From: a virus
Lineage: Duplodnaviria; Caudoviricetes
Strand: one strand, 5' to 3'
Length of the DNA stretch: 45,986 bases
IMG/VR virus record: IMGVR_UViG_3300026081_000341
Coordinates: 1 to 45,986 of that record
Below the pieces are notes generated by a model. It was not told the DNA's origin and did no database searches. It was given only the letters and a program-made list of their open reading frames with translations. Below are positions 7,220 to 15,433 of this stretch, in pieces (position 1 is the stretch's first letter; each line of letters begins with the position of its first letter). The position numbers and the translations under genes are program-made.

Positions 7220-7463
7220 TCGTACCGACAGTTACATCGGTACATTTTATAAAGATAACGCAGACGATATGAGTCAGCTAAAAGCTGTAAGAGCAATCGT
7301 TAAGAACATGAATGCTTCTTTACGTAGATCAAAGTTTAACTATCAGTTCTATGTAAAGTGCCAAGGACGAGGATGGAGACACGGTGTTCCTCGATATAAT
7401 CAGTCGCTCCCTTTACCTCTAGCATCACACATGGATGCTTACATCTATCGTAGGTGGAGTTAG
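7197..7463 (+). CDS. Hypothetical early protein
   Basis: Likely start ATG 7197 (MGIRVST) after AAGGAG; YVKCQGRG...AYIYRR. Confidence 0.7.
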   Translation: MGIRVSTDRTDSYIGTFYKDNADDMSQLKAVRAIVKNMNASLRRSKFNYQFYVKCQGRGWRHGVPRYNQSLPLPLASHMDAYIYRRWS

Positions 7464-7493
7464 GGGTTTTTCATTCCTTATCGCTGACTGATG

Positions 7494-7524
7494 ACAAAAG
7501 GGCCTACGGGTCCTTTTGTTTTTT
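7494..7524 (+). terminator. Rho-independent terminator with C(UACG)G tetraloop
   Basis: ACAAAAGGGCC-TACG-GGTCCTTTTGT followed by a T-tract. Confidence 0.85.
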
Positions 7525-7525
7525 A

Positions 7526-7533
7526 TATAAATA
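7526..7533 (+). promoter_or_regulatory. T4-type late promoter TATAAATA
   Basis: Exact consensus about 25 nt before ATG 7558, directly after a terminator. Confidence 0.8.
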
Positions 7534-7557
7534 GTATTATCAAAAGGAGAACCTATA

Positions 7558-8346
7558 ATGTTTGACATAGATAAACTAGATAAAGAATTCATTTCAAAAG
7601 CACAAAAGCAGTTTGTGTTTAATATTGCTTCTCAAGATTTTAATTCTACAAAATATAAAAAAGAAATACAGTATCTAATCAATACAAATATATTTCCTAA
7701 GTTTGACATGACAAGTACTATAAAGGGAGTACCAAGATCTGCTGATCAAATTAATAGTTTGATTAAGAAGCTTAAAGGGTTTGGAGGTGAAGCTTTCGAT
7801 AGAGTATACAAGTATCCTATGGTTGGTGTAGGACCAGGAGAAATCATGCTTTATTTCTTGTTAGATGATTGTAAACTTGGTGGAGGATCATCAGCGGGTG
7901 TTGACGTAAGTATAGGTTCCAAAAATTATGAAGTTAAGTCTGTTCAAAATCCAGCAAAAGAAAATTATTCTTACGTAAGTGGATTTAAGATAGGAGGAAC
8001 GAGTGATGTGGCTGATATTGTTGCAGCAGCAATGGAAATAAAGAAGAAAGCTCTTGAGGATAGAATAATACCACCAAACGCAGAAAAATCTGGAATAAGC
8101 AAGACTCAGATTGAAGCTCTTAAGAAAAACAGCGTTCTAAAAAAACAGTGGTCAGAAAAAGTTGAGGGTCCATATCAAAAAATTGCAGGAAAGTACTTAT
8201 CTGCAAATCCGGTAATATTTATGATTAATACTACTCCAAAACCTAGACTAGGTGAAGTTGTGTTCCTCGGAAATATAAAACCAGAAAACGTATTTCTAGA
8301 AGTTGTTACTCAAGGAGTAATAAAGCCAGAGGTTAAAATTAAATGA
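7558..8346 (+). CDS. Hypothetical protein with PD-(D/E)xK-like nuclease motif
   Basis: GPGEIML...GVDVSIGSKNYEVKS (E...D...ExK); AGGAG RBS. Confidence 0.55.
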   Translation: MFDIDKLDKEFISKAQKQFVFNIASQDFNSTKYKKEIQYLINTNIFPKFDMTSTIKGVPRSADQINSLIKKLKGFGGEAFDRVYKYPMVGVGPGEIMLYFLLDDCKLGGGSSAGVDVSIGSKNYEVKSVQNPAKENYSYVSGFKIGGTSDVADIVAAAMEIKKKALEDRIIPPNAEKSGISKTQIEALKKNSVLKKQWSEKVEGPYQKIAGKYLSANPVIFMINTTPKPRLGEVVFLGNIKPENVFLEVVTQGVIKPEVKIK

Positions 8347-9575
8347 TAGACTTTAATAAATATCTTTTGACAGAACAAAAAAACACTCATATGACTCACA
8401 TTGAAGATAGAGTCATATATGGTGGTGTTAATGGCACGCGTGAAGCTATCTTTGCTCTTAGAGATTTAAGAGATATGCTTGGCGGTGTAAAGGAAGGAAA
8501 AGTAAGTGTTAAGTGGGATGGTGCTCCTGCTGTTTTTGCTGGTATTGATCCGAGTGATAACAGCTTTTTTGTTGCTAAAAAAGGGATATTCAACAAGAAC
8601 CCTAAGGTCTATAAATCTGCAGCTGATGTCGATTCTGATACTTCAGGTGATCTTGCTGTTAAGCTTAAACTCGCCCTCAAGTATCTCCCAGAACTTGGAA
8701 TCAAAGGTGTCATTCAAGGAGATTTTCTCTTCGGACCAGGAGACCTGTCCAGACAAACAATAAAAGGAAATAAGTATGTTACTTTCCATCCTAACACAAT
8801 TGTATACGCAGTCCCTGAAGGATCTTCAGGAGCAGGAGAAATCAAGCAAGCCAAAATTGGAATCGTCTGGCATACGACGTATACTGGATCGTCTTTTGAA
8901 ACGATGAAAGCGTCTTATGGCGTCAATGTATCTAAACTAAAAAAATCAAAAAATGTCTGGTCACAAGACGCAATGCTAAGAGATGCGACTATGGTAACTA
9001 TGACTAAAAAAGATACGGAGGAAGTCAATGGTTATCTTTCGCAGATTGGCAAGTTATTTAATCAGATCTCGGGTAATGTCCTCAGAGAGATCGAAGGGAA
9101 TAAAGAACTCGCCCAAACCATCGAAACATATAACAACACCTTTGTCCGAGCGGGACAGGTTGTGGTTAACACTAGCAAACATACTGATGGACTCATCAGA
9201 TTCATTGCCGACAGGTACCAGAAACAGATTGACAAGAGAACAACGGAAAAAGGTAAGGCTGCGCAGGTATCGAAGAGAGATGAGATACTCAAATTCTTCT
9301 CAAAGAAAAACAAAGTAAACTTAAAAAAGATATTTGATTTACAGAAACTCATTATTCTTGTAAAACTAAAACTTATAAATATACTTAATAAATTAAATTC
9401 AATTGACACTTTTGTAAAGACAAACAAAGGATTTAAAACAACTGGTCAAGAAGGTTATGTAGCAATTGATAGACTTGGTGGTGACGCGGTAAAGATTGTT
9501 GATAGATTAGAGTTTTCATACAACAACTTTTCGCCTAATGTACTAAAAGGATGGGATAAACCAACGAGGAAGTAA
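8343..9575 (+). CDS. DUF6267-like protein with nucleic-acid ligase (KxDG) motifs; probable virion-internal protein
   Basis: SVKWDGAP, IQGDFLF, QEGYVA, VKIVDRLEFS; N-terminus MIDFNKYLLTE. Confidence 0.7.
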   Translation: MIDFNKYLLTEQKNTHMTHIEDRVIYGGVNGTREAIFALRDLRDMLGGVKEGKVSVKWDGAPAVFAGIDPSDNSFFVAKKGIFNKNPKVYKSAADVDSDTSGDLAVKLKLALKYLPELGIKGVIQGDFLFGPGDLSRQTIKGNKYVTFHPNTIVYAVPEGSSGAGEIKQAKIGIVWHTTYTGSSFETMKASYGVNVSKLKKSKNVWSQDAMLRDATMVTMTKKDTEEVNGYLSQIGKLFNQISGNVLREIEGNKELAQTIETYNNTFVRAGQVVVNTSKHTDGLIRFIADRYQKQIDKRTTEKGKAAQVSKRDEILKFFSKKNKVNLKKIFDLQKLIILVKLKLINILNKLNSIDTFVKTNKGFKTTGQEGYVAIDRLGGDAVKIVDRLEFSYNNFSPNVLKGWDKPTRK

Positions 9576-10028
9576 ATGTTAAGATTAAAAGATCTAATGC
9601 GTCCAGAACCGGCCGACGCAAAAGCGCCGGGAGAGCCAGACGAAATCAAGTACAGACGACATAGACGTAGAGCTATGGATGTAGAAGAGTCTCCTGATGA
9701 AGCTCTAAATATGATGCAGCGGCTAAAAAAAGCACGTCAGCTTAAAAGAATCAAGAGTAAAATTAAAATAGGTAGACAAAGAGCTATGAGGAGAACAGCT
9801 ACTAAAGCAGTTCTTCAGAAAAGAGCTCGTCGAGCTGCAAGAAATTTTATTCTACAAAGAATTACAAAAGGAGTTCCTAAGGGTGAACTCAGTTTTGCTA
9901 GAAGGCAGGAAATCGAAAAGAGATTAGATAAGCCTGCAATGAAATCAAGAATTGATAAAATTGCGGTCAGACTCTTACCAAAGATGAGGAAGAGAGAGCA
10001 GGATCGTAAGAAAGGAAAGAGATCATAG
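9576..10028 (+). CDS. Highly basic (Arg/Lys-rich) protein, probable head-internal/nucleic-acid-binding protein
   Basis: DEALNMMQRLKKARQLKR...LQKRARRAAR; position in the late cluster. Confidence 0.65.
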   Translation: MLRLKDLMRPEPADAKAPGEPDEIKYRRHRRRAMDVEESPDEALNMMQRLKKARQLKRIKSKIKIGRQRAMRRTATKAVLQKRARRAARNFILQRITKGVPKGELSFARRQEIEKRLDKPAMKSRIDKIAVRLLPKMRKREQDRKKGKRS

Positions 10029-10029
10029 T

Positions 10030-11355
10030 ATGATAAAGGGTTTCAGTCAATATTTAGTTGAAGAACAGAAGACGATTTATTTTACGTTTGGTAGAATGAA
10101 TCCTCCTACTATTGGTCATGGTAAGTTGATGGATAAACTATCATCATCTGCAGGACGTAATCCTTATAGAATATACTTGTCTCAATCACAAGACTCTAAA
10201 GACAACCCATTAGCATACTCAGAAAAAATAAAGTATGCACGTAAGATGTTTCCAAAACACTCACGTTTTATTATAATGAACAATAAAATAAAGACTATTT
10301 TTGAAGTTTGTGTTTCATTATATAATGAAGGATTTAGAAGTATAGCTCTAGTTGTAGGGTCTGACAGAGTCTCAGAGTTCAAGTCTTTAATTTCAAAGTA
10401 CAACGGTCAAAGTGCTAGACATGGTTTTTATAATTTTAAAAATATAGATATTGTTTCTGCAGGCCAAAGAGATCCAGACGCAAAAGGAGCTGAAGGTGCT
10501 TCAGGAACAAAACAGAGAGGATATGCAAAGAATAATGATTTTTCTAACTTTTCATTAGGTTTACCTAAGTCAGTAAATGACAAAGACGCGAAAAGCTTAT
10601 TTAATGCAGTGAGATTAGGTATGGGATTAAAAGAACAAAAAGAATTTAGAAATCATCTGCAGCTTAACAGTATTTCAGATATTAGAGAAAAGTTCGTTGA
10701 AGGTAAGATATTTAATATCGGCGAAAAAGTAGTAATAAAAGGATCAGAAGAAGTTGCAGTTGTTACACATAAAGGATCTAATTATGTGATCCTTGAAAAA
10801 TTTGATAATACTATAGTGAGGAAATGGATTGATGCAGTTGAGCCTTTAGAGGAAGCCTATGATGTAGGAACACCTGAATATGTTCTTCACTATGCAAAAG
10901 GAACTCCAGGACAATTTCCTGTAGACTTTCCAGTAAAAGGACAAAAGAACACAGCCGAAGTCGGAGAAAAAACAACTTCTCCTCAAGACCCAGACATCAA
11001 AGATCGTAAAGGAACTCAACCAAAAGCTTATCACGGAAAAGATGCTAAAGGTAGAGAGATGTCAAAATCTACAAAGGCAGCAAGAGATAGGCACTTTAAA
11101 AAAGGTGCTGAGATGGATGATAATAATCCATCGGCATACAAACCAGCTCCAGGTGACAAAGGTGCAAAAACAAAACCAAGTAAGCACACAATAAAGTTTA
11201 AGCAGATGTTTGGTGATAATACTGATCCACTAAAAGTGGCACAGGCAAGAGTTGATAGAGAGAAGAAGTCTGACGCTCTCAAGTTTGATAGAAGGTTAGA
11301 CAGAGCAAGATTAGCGAGAGCTAGAATGAAAAACGCAAAAACTAAAGGAAAGTAA
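10030..11355 (+). CDS. Cytidylyltransferase-like (HIGH-type) nucleotidyltransferase with basic C-terminal extension
   Basis: FTFGRMNPPTIGHGKL, NPLAYSEK, VVGSDRV, VSAGQRDPD, SGTKQR. Confidence 0.8.
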   Translation: MIKGFSQYLVEEQKTIYFTFGRMNPPTIGHGKLMDKLSSSAGRNPYRIYLSQSQDSKDNPLAYSEKIKYARKMFPKHSRFIIMNNKIKTIFEVCVSLYNEGFRSIALVVGSDRVSEFKSLISKYNGQSARHGFYNFKNIDIVSAGQRDPDAKGAEGASGTKQRGYAKNNDFSNFSLGLPKSVNDKDAKSLFNAVRLGMGLKEQKEFRNHLQLNSISDIREKFVEGKIFNIGEKVVIKGSEEVAVVTHKGSNYVILEKFDNTIVRKWIDAVEPLEEAYDVGTPEYVLHYAKGTPGQFPVDFPVKGQKNTAEVGEKTTSPQDPDIKDRKGTQPKAYHGKDAKGREMSKSTKAARDRHFKKGAEMDDNNPSAYKPAPGDKGAKTKPSKHTIKFKQMFGDNTDPLKVAQARVDREKKSDALKFDRRLDRARLARARMKNAKTKGK

Positions 11356-11358
11356 GAC

Positions 11359-12537
11359 ATGAAACAGAACTTTTTTCAAATGCGAGAGGCAGCATCAGAA
11401 GAAGAAGTAGAAGATACTCTCGCCGAATCAACTAACTGGAAAGGAACTCAACACCTTGACTTGACCAGATACGCAGCTGGTAAAGGCGTAGGCTATGGGC
11501 TTCAAATAACTCAAAACAAAAGAATGGGTAACGACAAGTTTAGGATGGGGGCTCACGTAAATATGCCTCTAAAAGATGTTCCTAAGCTAGTTAAGTCTCT
11601 TATGAAAGTGTATAACGATAAAGGATCACAGCTCGGAGATAATGAGTCATGGGAACCTGATGCTGATGTAATAGAAGAAAATATATCAGAAGACGCAACC
11701 GCATCTTTGAAGAAAAAAGCTGAGAAAACCGGAATGCCTCTCGGAATTCTTAGACAAGTATTCAATAGAGGAAAAGCTGCATGGAGAACGGGCCACAGAC
11801 CCGGAACTAATCCTGATCAATGGGGACACGCAAGAGTCAACTCATTTGTGACTAAGTCTTCTGGAACCTGGGGAAAGGCTGACAAAGATCTTGCAGCAAA
11901 AGTTAGAGGAAGTAAAAAATCTAAGAACGAATCTTTCTTATTTACGATGTCTGAAGATTTGCCGGGTCACACAAGTTATAGAGTGTCGACAAACAAGCTT
12001 CAAGGAAACGTAAGTGCAAAGAGTCATGATCACGCCGCAGATATTATGAGAAAACAACATAAGGCCAAAGGTCCTATGACGATATCTCATCATCCTCACT
12101 CACCTAAGTATAATAAGGATGGAAACAATTCAAAGACATATGAAGCAGTAAAAGAAGCTACTAAGGTTGTTGGTATGCACTACGGTAAAAACGCTAAAGC
12201 TGCTGCAGCCGGTATGAAAAAACATGGAGGTAAAATCCACACAGATCCTCATGGCAACCATACACTTATGTATGATAAACCTAAGATGCAGGCTAGAGGA
12301 AGAGATGCTCTTGTTCAAAAGGGTTTGTTACCGAAGAAAGTATCAAAACCATTTTCCAGACCAATTAAGTCTGAATCAGTAGGACAAACTCCTGGCGATC
12401 ATAGTTATCACTACTTGCAAAAAGCTAAGAGACTAGCTTCTGCTGACGGCCACGACTATGATAAGTTACCTGCGTATGATCGTACGCATAATAAGCACAA
12501 AGACTATTACGATCAGAAAGCGAAGTCGTCATCATGA
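11359..12537 (+). CDS. Probable head-internal polyprotein containing a DUF5824-like module
   Basis: KKKAEKTGMPLGILRQVFNRGKAAWRTGHRPGTNPDQWGHARVNSF; several hydrophobic-x-E junctions. Confidence 0.6.
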   Translation: MKQNFFQMREAASEEEVEDTLAESTNWKGTQHLDLTRYAAGKGVGYGLQITQNKRMGNDKFRMGAHVNMPLKDVPKLVKSLMKVYNDKGSQLGDNESWEPDADVIEENISEDATASLKKKAEKTGMPLGILRQVFNRGKAAWRTGHRPGTNPDQWGHARVNSFVTKSSGTWGKADKDLAAKVRGSKKSKNESFLFTMSEDLPGHTSYRVSTNKLQGNVSAKSHDHAADIMRKQHKAKGPMTISHHPHSPKYNKDGNNSKTYEAVKEATKVVGMHYGKNAKAAAAGMKKHGGKIHTDPHGNHTLMYDKPKMQARGRDALVQKGLLPKKVSKPFSRPIKSESVGQTPGDHSYHYLQKAKRLASADGHDYDKLPAYDRTHNKHKDYYDQKAKSSS

Positions 12538-13733
12538 AAAACTTAAGCGAAAATTATACTGCTCTTTTTGAGGATGATGACATCGATCCAAAAGAGTACG
12601 ATTATGAAGGAGACATGGCAAGAAGTCAGTTAGTAACTATGATGGATGCTGCTGAAGAACTTCATGATATGCTTGACGAAAAAGAAAATCTTCCTGAGTG
12701 GTGTCAAAATAAGATCTCAAAAGCAACTGATTATATTGACAGTGTTAGAGATTATATGATCGCTGCTAAGTCTGATGATATAGATGATGATGGAGATGAG
12801 AAGAATGAGGCCCATAAAGAACCACAAGGTCAAGCAAAAAGAATGATGTCTCCATTACATAAAATGAGAATGGATAAAGAGAAAAAAGATAGAGATCGTG
12901 ATGGTAAACTAAAACCGGGTATCATTAAGAAAGAAGATGTTAATCATGCTGATGCACACGCTGATGCACAACAACATTCAAATGGAAGTATGAGTGTTAA
13001 AAAAATTCCAAGCATGACTAAAAAGCCAGGTGATAAACATTTGCATTTACATATGAAGAGTTATCATAAAGAGAAAGATGGACAAGCTTTTGCAAAGAAA
13101 CATGGTTATAAAGTAAGTAACTACGTTAAAACGGGAGCTGGGTCTAGAATGAATCTTCATAAAGAAGATAAAGACATTAAGGAAATCTCTTTTAGACCAC
13201 ATGATCCAACTAGCTTAGGTACAAAGTATGCTAATAAAGTTCATAGTGGAGACTACTCAAGTAAAAAAGTTGATAATAGAAAGAGAGGTACTGCGATGTT
13301 AGTTAAAAAACGAGCGGCTGCCTTAGGAGTACCCGGAACGGCAAAGGTTCCTTTTAAAGATGATGTTAACGAAGGTTACGAACAAGAAGTAATAAAGATC
13401 TGTAACAAGAAAGGTGTTGACTGCTACTTTAAAAATGGAAAGTTGTATGTACCAAGAGCAGACATGAAGATTGTAAAAAAAGCTTTAAAGAAAGCTATGA
13501 ACATATACAAACTTCCTCCGATGGTCGCTGAGGGTTATTCTTTCGAAAATTTTAAACAATCTATCAGAGATGAGAATATTATTCAAGAGAAACTAAAACC
13601 ATCAATGGGAATTGGTTCCTACATAAAAGATTTTTCTAAGTCTGACGCTCCTCAATTTAAAGGTAAGTCAGAAAAAGAAAGACGCGATATGGCAGTAGCC
13701 GCGTATCTTTCTGCAAAGAGAGGTGATAAATGA
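12534..13733 (+). CDS. Probable head-internal polyprotein
   Basis: Modules YDYEGDMARSQL...LPEWCQNKI and DFSKSDAPQFKGKS...MAVAAYLSAK; charged composition. Confidence 0.6.
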   Translation: MKNLSENYTALFEDDDIDPKEYDYEGDMARSQLVTMMDAAEELHDMLDEKENLPEWCQNKISKATDYIDSVRDYMIAAKSDDIDDDGDEKNEAHKEPQGQAKRMMSPLHKMRMDKEKKDRDRDGKLKPGIIKKEDVNHADAHADAQQHSNGSMSVKKIPSMTKKPGDKHLHLHMKSYHKEKDGQAFAKKHGYKVSNYVKTGAGSRMNLHKEDKDIKEISFRPHDPTSLGTKYANKVHSGDYSSKKVDNRKRGTAMLVKKRAAALGVPGTAKVPFKDDVNEGYEQEVIKICNKKGVDCYFKNGKLYVPRADMKIVKKALKKAMNIYKLPPMVAEGYSFENFKQSIRDENIIQEKLKPSMGIGSYIKDFSKSDAPQFKGKSEKERRDMAVAAYLSAKRGDK

Positions 13734-13897
13734 TTGATAAAGAAGCAGAAGAAAAAGCTAACGTAGTTAATACTAAAATCTATAACGCTTATAAGGGAGT
13801 TGCAGATAAGACTGTATGGAAAAAAGAAGAAATGACATATAGTTCTACTGCTGAGGCTTATAAAAAAATGAAGGAAAAGGAAAATGAAAAAGTTTAA
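13730..13897 (+). CDS. Small hypothetical protein (55 aa, not in ORF track)
   Basis: ATGA overlap with the previous stop; MIDKEAEEKANVVNTK...EKENEKV fills the gap exactly. Confidence 0.6.
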   Translation: MIDKEAEEKANVVNTKIYNAYKGVADKTVWKKEEMTYSSTAEAYKKMKEKENEKV

Positions 13898-14468
13898 GGA
13901 ACACATAAACGAAGACGGACCTTGCTGGGATTCTCATAAAATGGTCGGTATGAAGAAGAAAGGGAATCGTATGGTTCCTAATTGTGTTCCTAAAGAAGCT
14001 CAGATTGATGAGTTAAAATATCAGTTTATGGTTTTAGATAGAGACGGTAGAGTTATGGGTATGACTACTGGTGAAAAAGATGCTGATAGAATGGCTAAAG
14101 GAGATAATATCAGAGGGCAATCTGGTAGAGTTGTTAAACTTAGAAGACCAATGGCTCAAGGTAGAGGCGATAGAATGATGGGACAACTACCTGCTCATAA
14201 TCTTGGTGAAGATCAAATTCAACGTGATGGAGCAAAGATTAAAAAAGCTTATGCTGCTTTAAAAACAGAAATCTCAGTTTCAGCACTTAACAAGTATTAT
14301 GATAAAGCTAAGCAGTCTCATGATAGAGCAGGAAACTCTGCTTTCGCTAGACACCTTAGAAAAGAACCGGGTATGGAAAAAGATTTAGATACGATGCGTA
14401 AAAGAAAAGCCGGTATAAAGCTTGCTAAGAATCGTGCAATCAGAAGACTTAGAGGTGAAATAGAATGA
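13884..14468 (+). CDS. Probable head-internal protein
   Basis: MKKFKEHINE capsid-targeting-like N-terminus; CWDSHKMVGMKKKGNRMVPNCVP module. Confidence 0.65.
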   Translation: MKKFKEHINEDGPCWDSHKMVGMKKKGNRMVPNCVPKEAQIDELKYQFMVLDRDGRVMGMTTGEKDADRMAKGDNIRGQSGRVVKLRRPMAQGRGDRMMGQLPAHNLGEDQIQRDGAKIKKAYAALKTEISVSALNKYYDKAKQSHDRAGNSAFARHLRKEPGMEKDLDTMRKRKAGIKLAKNRAIRRLRGEIE

Positions 14469-14878
14469 AGACTTTTAGAGAAATCAGAGAAGCTGTAGGT
14501 GCTGGTAAATATTCAGCGATGAATTTAAAGAAAGCAAGAGAACTCATGAGTCCTGCAAAACACAGAAAAGACGGTATTATGCGTATAATGAAAGGTATGA
14601 AAGTATCATACAAGCAGGCTACTAAATTTCACGATGATGTTATGAAGTCTTACGGATTTAAACCTGAAGAAACTAACGAAGGTTCTGAAACTTGGGAAGC
14701 TGGCTATAAGAGAAGAGTTGTAAAGACAACTAAACCTGAGCATAAGCAGAAGGGATACAACTGGAGAATAAAAGGTAAAGACAAAGCTCACCTTTCAATT
14801 AAACTGTATAAAGAAAAACCTTCTCAATCAGAATTTAATAAACAAATGAAAAGGGTGGCTGGACATGAGTTTGGATAG
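14465..14878 (+). CDS. Probable head-internal protein
   Basis: MKTFREIRE N-terminus; basic. Confidence 0.65.
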   Translation: MKTFREIREAVGAGKYSAMNLKKARELMSPAKHRKDGIMRIMKGMKVSYKQATKFHDDVMKSYGFKPEETNEGSETWEAGYKRRVVKTTKPEHKQKGYNWRIKGKDKAHLSIKLYKEKPSQSEFNKQMKRVAGHEFG

Positions 14879-15227
14879 TTTTAAAAGTATCAGAGAAAAA
14901 GCAATAGATGACTATTGTGAAGAGTGTAACTTATACGAGGATCTTGAGATAACCGAAGCTGAGTATCAAGGTAAGAAAGTTAAGTTAAATGATCCGATAC
15001 GAACTTCTGAGAATCCCAACAAAAAATTTAAAGTTTACGTTAAAGGTCCTACTGGCAACGTTGTTGTTGTACGTTTTGGTGATCCAAACATGGAAATCAA
15101 AAGAGACGATCCAAAGAGAAGGGCTTCCTTCCGTGCCAGACATAACTGTGACAACCCTGGACCAAAACACAAAGCCAGATACTGGTCATGCTATCAGTGG
15201 AGAGGCGGATCAAAGGTAGATAACTAG
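14865..15227 (+). CDS. DUF6321-like protein
   Basis: EAEYQGKKVKLN...RFGDPNMEIKRDDPKRRASFRARHNC...ARYWSC. Confidence 0.7.
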   Translation: MSLDSFKSIREKAIDDYCEECNLYEDLEITEAEYQGKKVKLNDPIRTSENPNKKFKVYVKGPTGNVVVVRFGDPNMEIKRDDPKRRASFRARHNCDNPGPKHKARYWSCYQWRGGSKVDN

Positions 15228-15431
15228 ATGGAACAATCCATAGAAAATTTTGAAGGAACAAAGGTTGTCACTATCAATGAAGGTGGCAATGGGATGGGTG
15301 ATGTTCAAGCAGGGATAGAGTTCATCTATCATATGAGAGAACATTTATTAGACATAGGTGTAGCTACTATATATGGTCTAGTCGTCTATGCAGCAGTACT
15401 TTGGATAACACAAAAGATTAAAGGCAACTAA
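15228..15431 (+). CDS. Small protein with C-terminal transmembrane helix
   Basis: IGVATIYGLVVYAAVLWI; abuts both neighbours. Confidence 0.6.
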   Translation: MEQSIENFEGTKVVTINEGGNGMGDVQAGIEFIYHMREHLLDIGVATIYGLVVYAAVLWITQKIKGN

Positions 15432-15433
15432 TA

